A stretch of DNA of 64,000 bases from Eledone cirrhosa (taxonomy: Eukaryota): assembly GCA_964016885.1 (NCBI GenBank), contig OZ024741.1, forward strand, positions 204,910,001 through 204,974,000. The letters run 5' to 3'. The translations under genes were made by a program, and so were the position numbers. Under the pieces are notes generated by a model. That model had not been told where the DNA came from and did not search any database. It saw only the letters and a list, made by a program, of their open reading frames with translations. Below are positions 52,700 through 64,000 of the stretch, one piece after another (position 1 is the stretch's first letter; each line of letters begins with the position of its first letter).

Positions 52700-54200
52700 A
52701 ATAGTATACTGCCCAATTGGAGGGGTCAGCCATTGGCGTTAGCATTACAGGTGACATTGGTAACCTCTTTATGGTATGGTGCGACAGAAGACTTAAGGAA
52801 CAATTAGACACCAATTTTATAACCTGACTATGTACTGCCACTACGTAGATGACATAAACATTGTAATAAAAACACCCCACAGGAGAACAGTCAGGAATTA
52901 GAGAAGAACACCATGGAAAGCATCCAGCAAATAGCTAACTCCATCCACCACAGTATTAAAGTTACTATAGATTACCTATAAACACCACAACCATAGATTA
53001 CCTGTATTAGACACAGAACTCTGGTTGGAAACTATTAGTAATAGAACACAAATGTTCCATTCGCATTATGCCAAAACTCTGACCTCCAAATCTCAGCTGT
53101 TTTGGATCACATAAAAATCAATATACTGATTGCGGACTTAGTAAGAGTGATGAGAACGTGTCCCGCATGTGCAACCCTAAAGAATTAGAGAGACACATAC
53201 AACACTTCATCCACCACATGCAGTTCTCTGGCTACAATCAGAGAGACAAGAACAGGGTATATAAAGGACCAAATTTTGGAACAGAATAGAAAGGATTAGG
53301 AATAAGGCAAATAAAATCAACTCATGCTACGATAGCAATAAATACCAGAGTGTAATGTTCGTCAATACAATCCTTAGAGGCGAACTAGCTTACAGATTTA
53401 GAAGGGCCCTAGACAAGCTCAAGTTAAATATTAAGATAGTTGAAGGACCAGGTATTCCCATAAAAACCCTAATTAGTAAAAGATACCCATTTCAAAGATC
53501 TCCCTGTACTGATAGGAAATGCATAGTCTACAAGCTAAGCTCGCAAACTAATTGCAAAACTAGGAACGTAGTATATAGCATAAGATGTACTGAGGGACAG
53601 TGTAGGAATAAGAACACAACATATATAGGTGAAACAGCCCGTAGCATAGGAGAAAGAATAAGTGAACACTGGTGAGAACTCCAGGATGGAAAAAACTCAT
53701 CAGCACCTCCACCAACATGCAAAAATAGAACATAGAGATAAAACACACAGAAAAGATGCAATGTTCAGACAAATCACAGAGGCAACAAACATAAACGAAC
53801 TCCAACCAAAATTAAACAGAAAACATGAGTGGGATAGCGACATGATAACCAGTAATTAAGGACAAAATGAAGACATACAGACACACACAAAAACCAAACT
53901 AACAAAACAAATCAGACACACACAGATAGAACAAACAACCAACTAGTAACAAGTAAATAAACACATAAATAAATAACACAAACACACACACACCTAGATG
54001 TAATGCATGCGCAAACTAAACACACAACACACAAAAACAAGATGGTGTAGGACAGAACAAAGGAGAGACACAAAATAAAAATCTAGTCACTGAGGAGGTT
54101 ATAGAATGAGTGATGAAAGGGCTTTGACAATATATAAACAACCATCCGGTTATGGAACCAACCAACCAGCCAACTGGAAATTTATAATAAATTGAAGTGA
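52700..54200 (+). mobile_element. Penelope-like retroelement 3' half (RT thumb, Cys cluster, GIY-YIG endonuclease, hammerhead-like 3' region)
   Basis: ORF 53355..53675 NVVYSIRC...YIGETARSIGERISEH; ORF 53662..53859 EATNINELQPKLNRKHEW; upstream LPVLDTELW. Confidence 0.85.
54086..54128 (+). ncRNA. Degenerate hammerhead in the 3' region of a Penelope-like element
   Basis: gtca CTGAGGA ... GAAA G gg C T T tgac, ~230 nt after the GIY-YIG ORF end. Confidence 0.45.
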
Positions 54201-54799
54201 AAACCAACAGCTGCATGTGTTTTTATTGACAACACGACCCTCCCAAAGTATAACAATATCTGTTTCAACATGTTTTCAGGTAAGAAATCTTGCAAAACAA
54301 ATTAAAAAATGAAGTATATATATATATATATATACACTCACATTCAGGTATTCCTCTGCTGGAAGGAGGGATCACAGTGTTATGACATATTGTGGGGTGT
54401 TCACAGTTCTCCTTGATGGCCTAAGTGAAGTTTTTGTATACTCCTTAGAATTAGTGGGTGGGTGGTGCCTGTCCTTTGAGGTGTGCCAGGCATTCCTGGG
54501 TTGGGTAAGTGTGAGGGTTGCAAAATTTCAGCAGAGAAGATGAATCAGTCAAGGTTTGTCCAAGCTTTCCATGGTAGTATGGGTTGGGTGAAGAATTCAG
54601 GAGTATACTAGCAGAGGAATTGAGAGCTGTTCCAGTTCTCTGCTGCTTTGGGTTTAGGGTGAAGAAGGGGATCAGGAGTATGAAGGCAGGGATTTCGGGA
54701 ATATACTGGCAGGTGGGCAGTGGGTGGTTAACCATCTTGTTTGTACTACTACTTCCTATATAGATTTATATATACATATATATATCTATATATCATCGT

Positions 54800-55810
54800 C
54801 ATTATCATCATCATCATCATCATTTAACGTCTATCGTCCATGCAAGCATGGGTTAGACAGGAATTGTCCCATTTGAGGTAAGATTGGTCGGGTGACCGTG
54901 TCTCATTACTTGTATAGGACTATTTGGCAGGTTTTCTACGGTTGGATGCCCTTCCTAACACCAACCACATTTACAGTGTGGACTGGGAGCTTTTTACCGT
55001 GTTTCCTACACAACCACATTACAGCGTGGACTGTGTGTCTTTTTTTCTCTTCATTCTTTTCTTCTTTCTCTTTTCCCCTTTTTTGTTGTTGTGATACCTA
55101 CACAACCTCATTAGTTTGGACTGGATGTTGTGGAACCAACATAACATTCAGTCCAAACTAATGAGGTCGTGTAAGTATCACAACAACGAGAAAGGGTGGT
55201 ATTGGCGGGAGTGGAAGGGTGGAGTGGGGGTAGTGGGTTTGGATGTATGTTTGGTTTGGAGGGGGCCTACTGACTGTAGGTTAACTTTGCACGTAGGGAA
55301 CGTGGGTCTTCTGTAATACTGCATGACGCAAAAGATCTCGATCCAGTGACATTGTTTTAGAGAGGTGCAAGTGTGCAAGGTAGGAATTTATCAAGTCGTC
55401 CCAGGTTTTTCTGGCTCTACCTACTCCGTAACTTCCATCAATTTTTATCACCCTGCAATTTTTTATACAGTTGTCGTCTTTCATGCACATCACATGACCA
55501 TACCAACATAATCTTCTCTCAAGTAAACAGCATCTGATCCCTCTTATTCCTAATTTCTCACTTAGTTCGTTTATGTTTAGCCGTTCGTGTATATTACTAT
55601 TATACATCTAACGGAGCATGCATGCTTCGTTCCTTTCCAGTCTACACAGGTCCTCTGCACACAATGCCTAGGTCTCACTGCCATGTAACATTGCTGTTCG
55701 TATATAAGCATCATCATATAATCTGCCTTTCATTTTTAGAGAGAAACCTTGTGGCCAACAGCGGTATAAGCTCGCTGAACTTTTTGCATCCCGTTCTAAC
55801 TCTGGCTACT
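54800..55810 (-). mobile_element. RTE 3' fragment with tail
   Basis: ORF 55281..55607 RRLCWYGHV; same subfamily as 10905-11650. Confidence 0.8.
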
Positions 55811-55811
55811 G

Positions 55812-55855
<44 letters not shown>

Positions 55856-56202
55856 ATTTTTGGCAAAGCCAGCTGTAAAATCGCTCAGTATGTAAATGAG
55901 GCTAATCAACCAATGTATACATTTGAGAATACTATGTATTCTCAGCAGTTCCAGTGGGTAACAGCAAGCAGAATACACAATCGTCACAAGGAGAAAAACA
56001 CTCTGAAACAATTGTCAATTGTTTTCTCTCAGCTACCGCTGGAACAAAAGGATGTTGTCATCTAACACATAGTTTTTATGAGGCTGTTTGCTTGCAAACA
56101 AACTGAATATTAATAATATATTATTATTATTCACTCACGAATACATTTGGGTATCCTATGGTGAAAATTTTCTCGGCAATGATGAGCTACTCTACTAATG
56201 TG

Positions 56203-56204
<2 letters not shown>

Positions 56205-56266
<62 letters not shown>
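56205..56266. repeat. (TA)n microsatellite
   Basis: Direct reading of the sequence. Confidence 0.95.
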
Positions 56267-56270
<4 letters not shown>

Positions 56271-56319
56271 AGAACAGGTGTGCATAATAGGTTTTTACAT
56301 CAATTTATTTGAAAATTTT

Positions 56320-56397
56320 CCATTATAAATGTTTCAACAGGTTTAACAATTATTCAGTGTGTTGGTTCCATAGTATCAATCCAGTCTCTTCAGATGG
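56320..56397 (-). ncRNA. Hammerhead motif next to a long (TA)n tract
   Basis: Reverse complement reads ccat CTGAAGA ... GAAAC attt ATA atgg; stem I ccat/atgg. Confidence 0.55.
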
Positions 56398-57477
56398 TCT
56401 TCTGAACATTAGTTTATCCAACCCTAACCCTAATTCTCCATAGAACCAGGGGCGGATAAACTAATATTCTATGGAGAACCAGGGGTGGAGAGATAGGGGA
56501 ACTGATAAAATTCAATCTCCTCTCTCTCCCCTGTAAGCTAGTGACCACATCAATACCTATTTATAGCATTGTGGGGATGTTACCCCACCGCCACCACCCA
56601 TCCATGCCACAAACCATCAGTGACAATTTTGTCAATAGCCATATGTGGTCGCATTGGAGTCACGTATACAACATCAACCACTGTATGATCGTTGTAGTCG
56701 TCAACTTTGGCGTCACTCCCTGTAGCTCAGTCACTTTACACCCCATCCACCCGAGGTCAGGCCAAAGCAAAGGGAGCAAAATAAGGGGTGAATATAGGAC
56801 ACAAAATTAGGAAATTAAGTGTTAATATATGACACTAAACTAGGAAGTTAGTCAAAACCTCCCAATTTGCTTTAGTGCGGTATTGCTAGAAGAGTAAGTA
56901 AAAATAATCAATCAAGAAAATGTGAAACTATATCTGTCCAGCTATTTTATTATGGTTCATTATCTATGAAGTTAACTGGTGGAGTGACTAAGAAATGTAT
57001 TATTTTATGAATTGAATTGCAGCGTACACAATATTATGGACTGATTTTCATCAATTAACCTCCTTGCAGTTTTACTCCGAATAAGAGGACTGTGCCAGAG
57101 CATAGAACTCCCGTACCCAAAACAGCCACACGACTAGATGCGCAGCCAGGCTCCCAGATTTTTCCAGATGAGGATCTTATTGGAATTTCAAGCACTGTAT
57201 GATTTTTACATCAGAGTTAAATCTATTTAATATAATGTAGAAGTCCCTTTTGTGGATTTCTCGGCCTGGATTATCAGGGTGTCTGCTGGTCGCTGTCTTA
57301 TTAGACATTGTATGGGCCTGGGCTACTCCAGTGGGACCTCCTGGACATGTTCAAAACCGGGGGGGGGGGGGGGGGCTATTACTATAACTAGTTGTTACTC
57401 TAGTGAGAAATATATTAATGAGAGATTTAAGGATACTTATAAATTATCAAGATAATAACATCAATTATGGTAATAAT

Positions 57478-57955
57478 AATTGTTTCTACTTTTAGCACAA
57501 GGCCAGCAATTACTCAGTGCATTACTGGTACTTTATTTTATCGAACCCATAAGGATGAAAGGCAAAGTTAACCGCGGCGGGATTTGAACTCAGAATGGCA
57601 AGGGCCGTAACTCAATGCGTCAAAGCATGGTGTCCAACCCTCTACCGATACTGCCAATCCACCATTCAGTAATACACTGGGTAATTGCTGGCCTTGTGCC
57701 TAACGTAGAAACAATTATTATTACCAATTACAATAATAATAATGGTTTCTGATTCAGGCACAAGGCCAACAATTTTGGCGAAAGGAGAAAGTCAATTAAA
57801 TCACCCCCAGTGCATTACAGGTGCTTTATTCTATCAACCTCATAAGGATGAAAGGCAAAGCTAACCTTGGTGGGTTCAAACTTAGATCGTAACGGGCCGT
57901 AACTCTATGCCACAAAGCATGTTGTCCAATGTTCTACCGATACTACCAATCCACT
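57478..57955 (-). mobile_element. Cluster of SINE family A copies (two minus-strand copies plus an inverted tail fragment)
   Basis: Matches at 57478-57663 (-), ~57670-57716 (+, tail only) and 57740-57955 (-). Confidence 0.8.
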
Positions 57956-58599
57956 TTATATTAATATCAAATAGGCAGTGACGGGTTAGAGAAAACAGAC
58001 AAAATAATGGTAAAGTGGAATCAGTGATGGTGAAACATTTAAGTAATACTATGATATATACCAATACTGTTCCAGTTATGGAGACATGGGAATCTCCATA
58101 ATAGAGATAAGATTAATAATATTAAGTGTATACCTCAAGAAAGTTCTTGATGTTTATTTTCCACGTGTGCCTTAGGCGAGTATTTAACCCTTCACTACTT
58201 ACACGATAAAATAAAGTACCAGTAATGTACTGGATAATTGCTGGCCTTGTGCCAAAAAGTAGAAACAATTATATTTACTACTGTATTTTCACGGTAAACA
58301 CTTTATCTCACATAATATCGAAGCTACAAGATTTTGATGTTATTTATTTTGTGAACAATAACTTAACATTGGTATGAATGGCTGATTATGGCTGGTTTAA
58401 ATGCTAAAGAGTTAATGTTGGTTTTAGTAGATGTTGTGAATTGGAGTCCCTACGGGCTGCCGTAGTGTACAAAAGTTAATATTCCTGGTAATCAGAAGTT
58501 ATCTGTCCATTAGTGTTTTGATTTTCCCATCAAATAGGCTTGATCTTATCCATATCTTTTAGTCATTTCTGTTGTGGGCGTTAGGTTTTTTAAGGTCGG

Positions 58600-59190
58600 T
58601 CTTCACAACCTCATCCCATGTCTTCATAGGGTCCTAGCCACTGGAGTTTCTCTGCATTTCTTTCTGCACTCTATGTTGGGAGGTACATTCCTCCACAGGG
58701 AAGGACTGTTTGCATTGCAGATCATTAAGTCAAAAGCATCACAGAACTCCAGAAGCGTAGTTCCCTCCTCACTTCTTGTGCCACATCTGTAGCCTCTGGT
58801 AGGTAATCAGGTGGTTGGCTGTTTTCTTGAAGTTTGTGTTATAGATGATTAAGTCAAAAGCATCACAGAACTCCAGAAGTCCAGTTCCCTTCTCGCTTAT
58901 TGTACCATATCTGTAGCCTTCGTGTATGCCAGGGAATCTGTCCTGATGTTTCCAAACATGCCCCCTGAAGTCACCAGCTACGATCATAAGATCACTGTCA
59001 TTGTGGTAGTCCATAGGAGGCCTCATTGAAATAGTCTTTTTGTTCATTGGCAAGCCCAGCTTGTGGGGCGTATGCAGATAGTATTGCCCAAGGCTATTCT
59101 AAGTTTAATTATTCTATCACACACTCTGACTACCTCAATTACCAGGTCTACCCATATCTCAGCAAGGAGCATTCCTTCTCCGCTCACCCA
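58600..59190 (-). mobile_element. RTE endonuclease fragment with an internal duplication
   Basis: AGDFRGHV, LLEFCDAFDL; a ~75-nt segment is repeated at ~58719 and ~58842. Confidence 0.75.
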
Positions 59191-59292
59191 TCCATTGGGG
59201 GTGGGTGGGGGTAAAGATAGACAAACCAACATTAGAAAGTTTCGCTTGTATCGTTTCCCTAACTGCAGTTTTTGTGGTGCCACAAAAAAAGG

Positions 59293-59820
59293 ATAAATTT
59301 ATAGAAAAGCACCAGCTGGAGATCGTGAAAAATGTTTCCTAGGTTTTGGCTGAGAGGTGCTTATCTGTAACTCTGAGAGTTCTCCTCCCTCCCCGCCTCC
59401 ATTTTCGGAAAAAGGAGTCGTTGGTAGTGAGCCGGATGTCAGATCAATTGAAAACAAACGAAAAAAAAAACTAGAAGAGAAAAAAATTCCGACTGGAGAA
59501 AATTCGAGGCTGGGAAAAATCCGAAGGTCTCTCCACCCATCCGTTTTCGGGGGAAAAAGTCGAGCATATCGGAGATGAGATTAGTTGAAAACACAAACAA
59601 AAAGCAGAATTTCTTTTTCTTGGCGAACCCCAGCGGGTGCTTTTCTATAAATTTACCAGTCGTTTAAATTTATAGAAAAGCACCAGCTGGGGATCACTGA
59701 AAACATTTTTTCCTCTTGTTTTCTTTTTTCATTTACTTTCAACTAATCTGACATCCGTTTCGGAAAAAAAGTGTTGATTGCGAGCATGTCGGGGGTCAGA
59801 TTAGTTGAAAAGACACGACA
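59293..59820. repeat. TIR element(s) in HBS1L intron 1
   Basis: aaatttatagaaaagcaccagctgg at ~59295 and ~59667, with an inverted copy ccagcgggtgcttttctataaattt at ~59629-59654. Confidence 0.65.
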
Positions 59821-60296
59821 AAAAAATAAAAGTAAAAAAAAAACCTTGCTCAAGATTCATTATTGATATAAATAATAAATGTATCTATATATAACACAAT
59901 CTGAACGCTGACACAGGGAATTAATAATTAATTTTGTTTAAATTTGTGTCTTTAGAGAAGATAGAAATTATCAAAGAAGCGATGTCTGTATAAACGCATG
60001 AAAAGAATTATAGTATGGAAAACAAAAGTTGACGATGAAGATTTATATATACACTGTATACAAATACACCCACACACAATATCTATGTACTCATATATTT
60101 TCCAGTTATTAATTTCATTTAAAAAATAAATTACGAACTATAATCGATAAAAAATGCTTGATGAGTTTGTTTCTTTTAAACGAATTGTACTTGAAGGAAG
60201 TTATTTATAGCGAATGAACACTTTCAGGCTGCAAGGTTCGCGTTGTATAATCATGTTCGTATAAACACAGAACTGGATCTTAAAGCCACAACTTAC

Positions 60297-60339
60297 CGTC
60301 TTCGTAGTTCATCGTCCGTACACTTCGATGTCGTGCCAT
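60297..60339 (-). CDS. HBS1L: HBS1L coding exon 1 (MARHRSVRTMNYED)
   Basis: Manual reverse-complement translation gives ATG GCA CGA CAT CGA..., matching the conserved HBS1L N-terminus MARHRNVR; followed by a GTAAGT donor (phase 1). Confidence 0.9.
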
Positions 60340-60889
60340 TTTGATTTTAATATGTCTGTGTGAATATGTGTGATAACAATTCAAAAAGAAGTGAACAGTA
60401 TTACCTAAAGATTAGAGAATTGCGACATCTCGACAGAAACTGGTAAAGCTAGGAACTGTTAGTTTGGAACTAAACCATACATTAATTTAAATCGTTCAAT
60501 TCGCTAATTTTCTTTCTAAATGTTCATATAAATGTCTGTAAAAATATCTCTCGTTATTTTCATAATTACCACTTAAAACAATTAGAAGTATGAAAAAGAT
60601 TTTTTAAATTGTCTAAACGCTTCCTCCTCCCATTGTGAATATTAATAGAAGCGAGTAGTAGTCTGAGTAACAAAAGGTCGAAGAACGTTATCAGTGACGT
60701 GGACACTTAAACGGACAGCTGATAATTCCCCCACCTTCCTTCTCTGTCCACACGATATAGTTTACATTGACCATAAAGCATAATTAGCTTTCTTGGACCA
60801 CACTCGATTTCCTGTTATTCAACAATTGCGACATCTTTAATTTCCCTTTATTTTTGTCTTAATTTCAGAAATTAGGAATTATCACATTA

Positions 60890-61068
60890 TAGAGCGTCGG
60901 AAAGCATGTTTTGCGGCAGGTACTTACGGCGCTTTACGTTCTGAGTTCAAATCCCGTTGAGATTAGCTTGCCTTTCACCCTTACGTAGTAGATAAAATAA
61001 AGTACCAGTAACGCACCTGTGTCGATTTAATCAAATTGCTAGCCTTGTACCAAAAATAGAAACAATTA
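60890..61068 (+). mobile_element. SINE family A copy upstream of the HBS1L start
   Basis: ctgagttcaaatccc...gataaaataaagtaccag...gccttgtaccaaaaatagaaacaatt. Confidence 0.75.
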
Positions 61069-63654
61069 TTATACATCGATATAGTCAGACAAATGTCCTC
61101 TCAATGTCATTCACGGAATTTCGAATCCAACGTTTTATTCTATCTAAGGAGGAAGTTTGTTCTATATATTAATATCACCTTATCAATAATGAATAAGACT
61201 ATGCATATATATACAGTACTAAAAAAAGGGGGGGGATAATAAAGAAGAAAAAAGTAGGTGAGTAAACCCCACACCCACAATCACACACCACCTGGGGTGC
61301 TGGAGATTCCCTCTAATAATGTTTTAGGCAAACCAACACCCTTGAGGCATTATTGCAGGTGATAGCAAGACTTACCAAGCACACTCCCGAGTATTACCTA
61401 ATACCTCAGTAAGGTGAGCTACTACTGATGACACAACAAGAACTTAGTTGTCAGAGTACCAGCTCTTCTGAAAGTTACAAACACCATAGGTTGGAAATAA
61501 TAATTTGCCTATGCATGACCCTGTGCGCTGCAAGCAGCACATTGAGCTGGTACTTATCCCGGTTTCATGGCGTGAAGCGACTGAGAGTACAAGACTCTCC
61601 CCTGGACAGGATGCCAGTCCATCGCAGGGTTAAACCCCTACCTATTGCTGGTACCCATTTTCAGCTGAGTATACTGGAGCAACGTGAAATGAAGTGTTTC
61701 TGCTGAAGAACACAACAGGAATCAAACCCACAGGCCTTCATAATTTGCCTATAGTTCCCGGTATTTTAGAATTATATCCCATTTGGCTGCAGGTGCAGTA
61801 ACCCTCGCTTCTACTGTAGCATACAGGATGTGGGAAGGAGCAAAAGAGTCACTACATGTGACATCCCAAATGAGACATCTATCTCTTACTTAGACTATAT
61901 TGGCTCATATCAGGGCCCACTTAATAATTACGTTTATTTCAGTATGGTGAATGACATAACCTGCATTCAGATAGCCAAATAAGCCATGAAAACCTGTGGA
62001 TTCAAAGGACCTGCCACACTAACTAACTTCACTGACTTTCTGCTCCACCAATGAAACAATGGGTGTATGCTAATTAGTAGGATTTGCTAGGGTGGTGAGT
62101 GGGAGAGGAGGGTTGATTTCTAATAGCATGGGGGTACTACTAGGGAGTTATGATTGATGTATTAAGTTTTAAGAGGGATGGGGTGGATCATAGATAGAGT
62201 GGAGTGGGGCTGTACAGTGATGGTAAAAATAGCTACTAAGGAGCAATAGTAGTGGGGGCACGAATGAGTTAGGTCACATCCATTAAGCTGGTAGATGAGT
62301 CTTCTATACTGCATATTCTTATCACAAATATGAATTTTTAGAAAGGGGAAAAGGAAATTATTATGTCAAATTAATAACCAACAATCGCCCTAGTACTGCT
62401 GGGGACATGATAAAATGCACCCAGTATATTCTGTGAAGTGATTGGTGTCATGGACATCCAACCATAAAAAGTATGCCAAAAAAGGTTGAGTGAAATCTTC
62501 AGTCACTACACAAAAGCCTCTCTAGTGCTGGTGCTATGAAAATGCACCTAGTACACTCTGTAAAGTGTAGAACCCCCCCCCCCCCCAATAAAGACTGAGA
62601 AGATGCTTCAGTTGTGTTAAGAGCATGATAACTTCTCTAGTGTTGGAAACACGATAAAACATACCAAGTAACTCTGTAAAGTAGTTAGTGATAGGAAGGG
62701 CATCCAGCTATATTAAACTTACCAAAGGATTGAGAAAACTCTTCAGTCATGTTAAAGTCATGACAACTAAACTAATATTGATGCCATGGTAAAATACACC
62801 CAGTATACTCTGTTAAGTGTGAGAACATCCATAAGCGAAATGTACCCGAAAGTTAGAAAGGAAGTATTATTAGGAGAATGCGAATCACTTTTTTGGGAGA
62901 AGTGGTGTATGAGTTAGGTTGTGCGAATGAGTGCCCCATTTCTGTTCTGGCCACTTCTCAAGTGTTCAGTTTCTTAGTGCCACGTAACCTGATAGAACTG
63001 ACGATAAAAATTCCCTGATAGTGTTCATTAACATTTCTATTAAAAATGGAATGGTGAATAAAGGTGGTAATTAAGTGCTATAGTTTATCTAGTATTCATA
63101 GATTAGAGTAAATTCTTGGGTCAAATTCTCACTCCCTACATATGTTGTCTTGGGCCAAGCCCTTGCCTCCATAGAGAGGGCTCGTCAGTCATGCCAATGA
63201 CCAACAACTTCCCTATTGCTGTTACCACAATAAAATATATTCAGTACAACACTGTAAAGTATGTAAACAATGTGTTACCCCCAACACACACAACCCATCT
63301 GATTGAATACTCACTTGGTCTGTACCATGGAAAACAGATGTTAAATTTATCAATATTTTATTTCAGGAATATATCATGGGAATACAGTTTAATATAAAAA
63401 GAAAAAAAGAAAATTTAGATTGAGAAGAATGAAATGTAAAATAAGAAAATATAAAAAAAAAATGGGAAGGGGAGGGAATGGCAAGAACTCTAGTGTCACA
63501 GAAGAATGGGGATGGGGAAGGGTAGGAGAATTGGGCTCTGGGCCTAGGCTGTGGCGGTAGAGGGGTTGCGTCCGGCGGACAAGACTACATGATGATGTTA
63601 CATATATAATCAGGTTCCAGTGGAAGGAGTTAGTGAAATCACAAGTAGGAGAAT

Positions 63655-64000
63655 AACTTCTTCGCCCACTTATTTGTGAGAGGGTCGTGTGGGCAGAGTC
63701 CTCACACTCCTTCCAGCGGGTCCTCTCAGAAGCAACTGTCACCAACTTTTTCGACTGGCTCCCCAAGTGAGACCAGCCAAGCTCATGGATGTTATCCAAC
63801 CAACTTGATCGGCGTCTACCCCTGGGTCTGTTGCTGGTTGGTTTTACTCATAAAATCTGTCTAGCGATTCTTTCCTGAGACATTCTAACCACATGCTCAT
63901 ACTATCGGAGCTGTGATCTTTCAATTCAGGGAAGTAACAGTCCTCCCTGGAGTGACTCTCTGATCTCCAAGCTTTGCACTCTGTCGAGTAACGTTACTCC
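63655..64000 (-). mobile_element. RTE LINE 3' end (same family as 30859-31400)
   Basis: DNIHELGWS, matching 31272 DNTHELGWS. Confidence 0.75.

Noticed and set aside
61415-61470. Hammerhead at ctgatgacacaac...gttgtc
   Set aside because: GAAA is not adjacent to stem II and there is no stem I pairing; too degenerate to call.
62385-62830. CRISPR-like repeat-spacer array
   Set aside because: The units are long, degenerate retroposon modules in eukaryotic DNA with no cas genes.

Overview
AT-rich, microsatellite- and retrotransposon-dense animal genomic DNA. The SINE and RTE repertoire looks cephalopod/octopus-like, which is inference. The only host gene I can support is HBS1L on the minus strand: five small coding exons (60339-60297, 47597-47520, 44814-44665, 42973-42839, 40286-40239) join through phase-1 GT-AG introns to a ~1.8-kb terminal exon (~37266-35471). 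That exon ends in the PFDFxxPSPDDIV motif, so this is the SKI7-like short isoform (HBS1LV3 type, ~749 aa). I found no HBS1 GTPase exon in the remaining 35 kb. The rest is decayed repeats: one near-complete CR1/L2-group ORF2, many RTE LINE pieces, Penelope-like (GIY-YIG) remnants, tRNA-derived SINEs, TTAA piggyBac-like and TA Tc1/mariner MITEs, and Helitron-like elements. The most striking unannotated signal is about a dozen sequence-diverse minimal type-I hammerhead ribozyme motifs (CTGANGA...GAAA-palindrome-NUH). Several have intact cores, and several sit as divergent pairs in short inverted-repeat cassettes embedded in (TA)n tracts.
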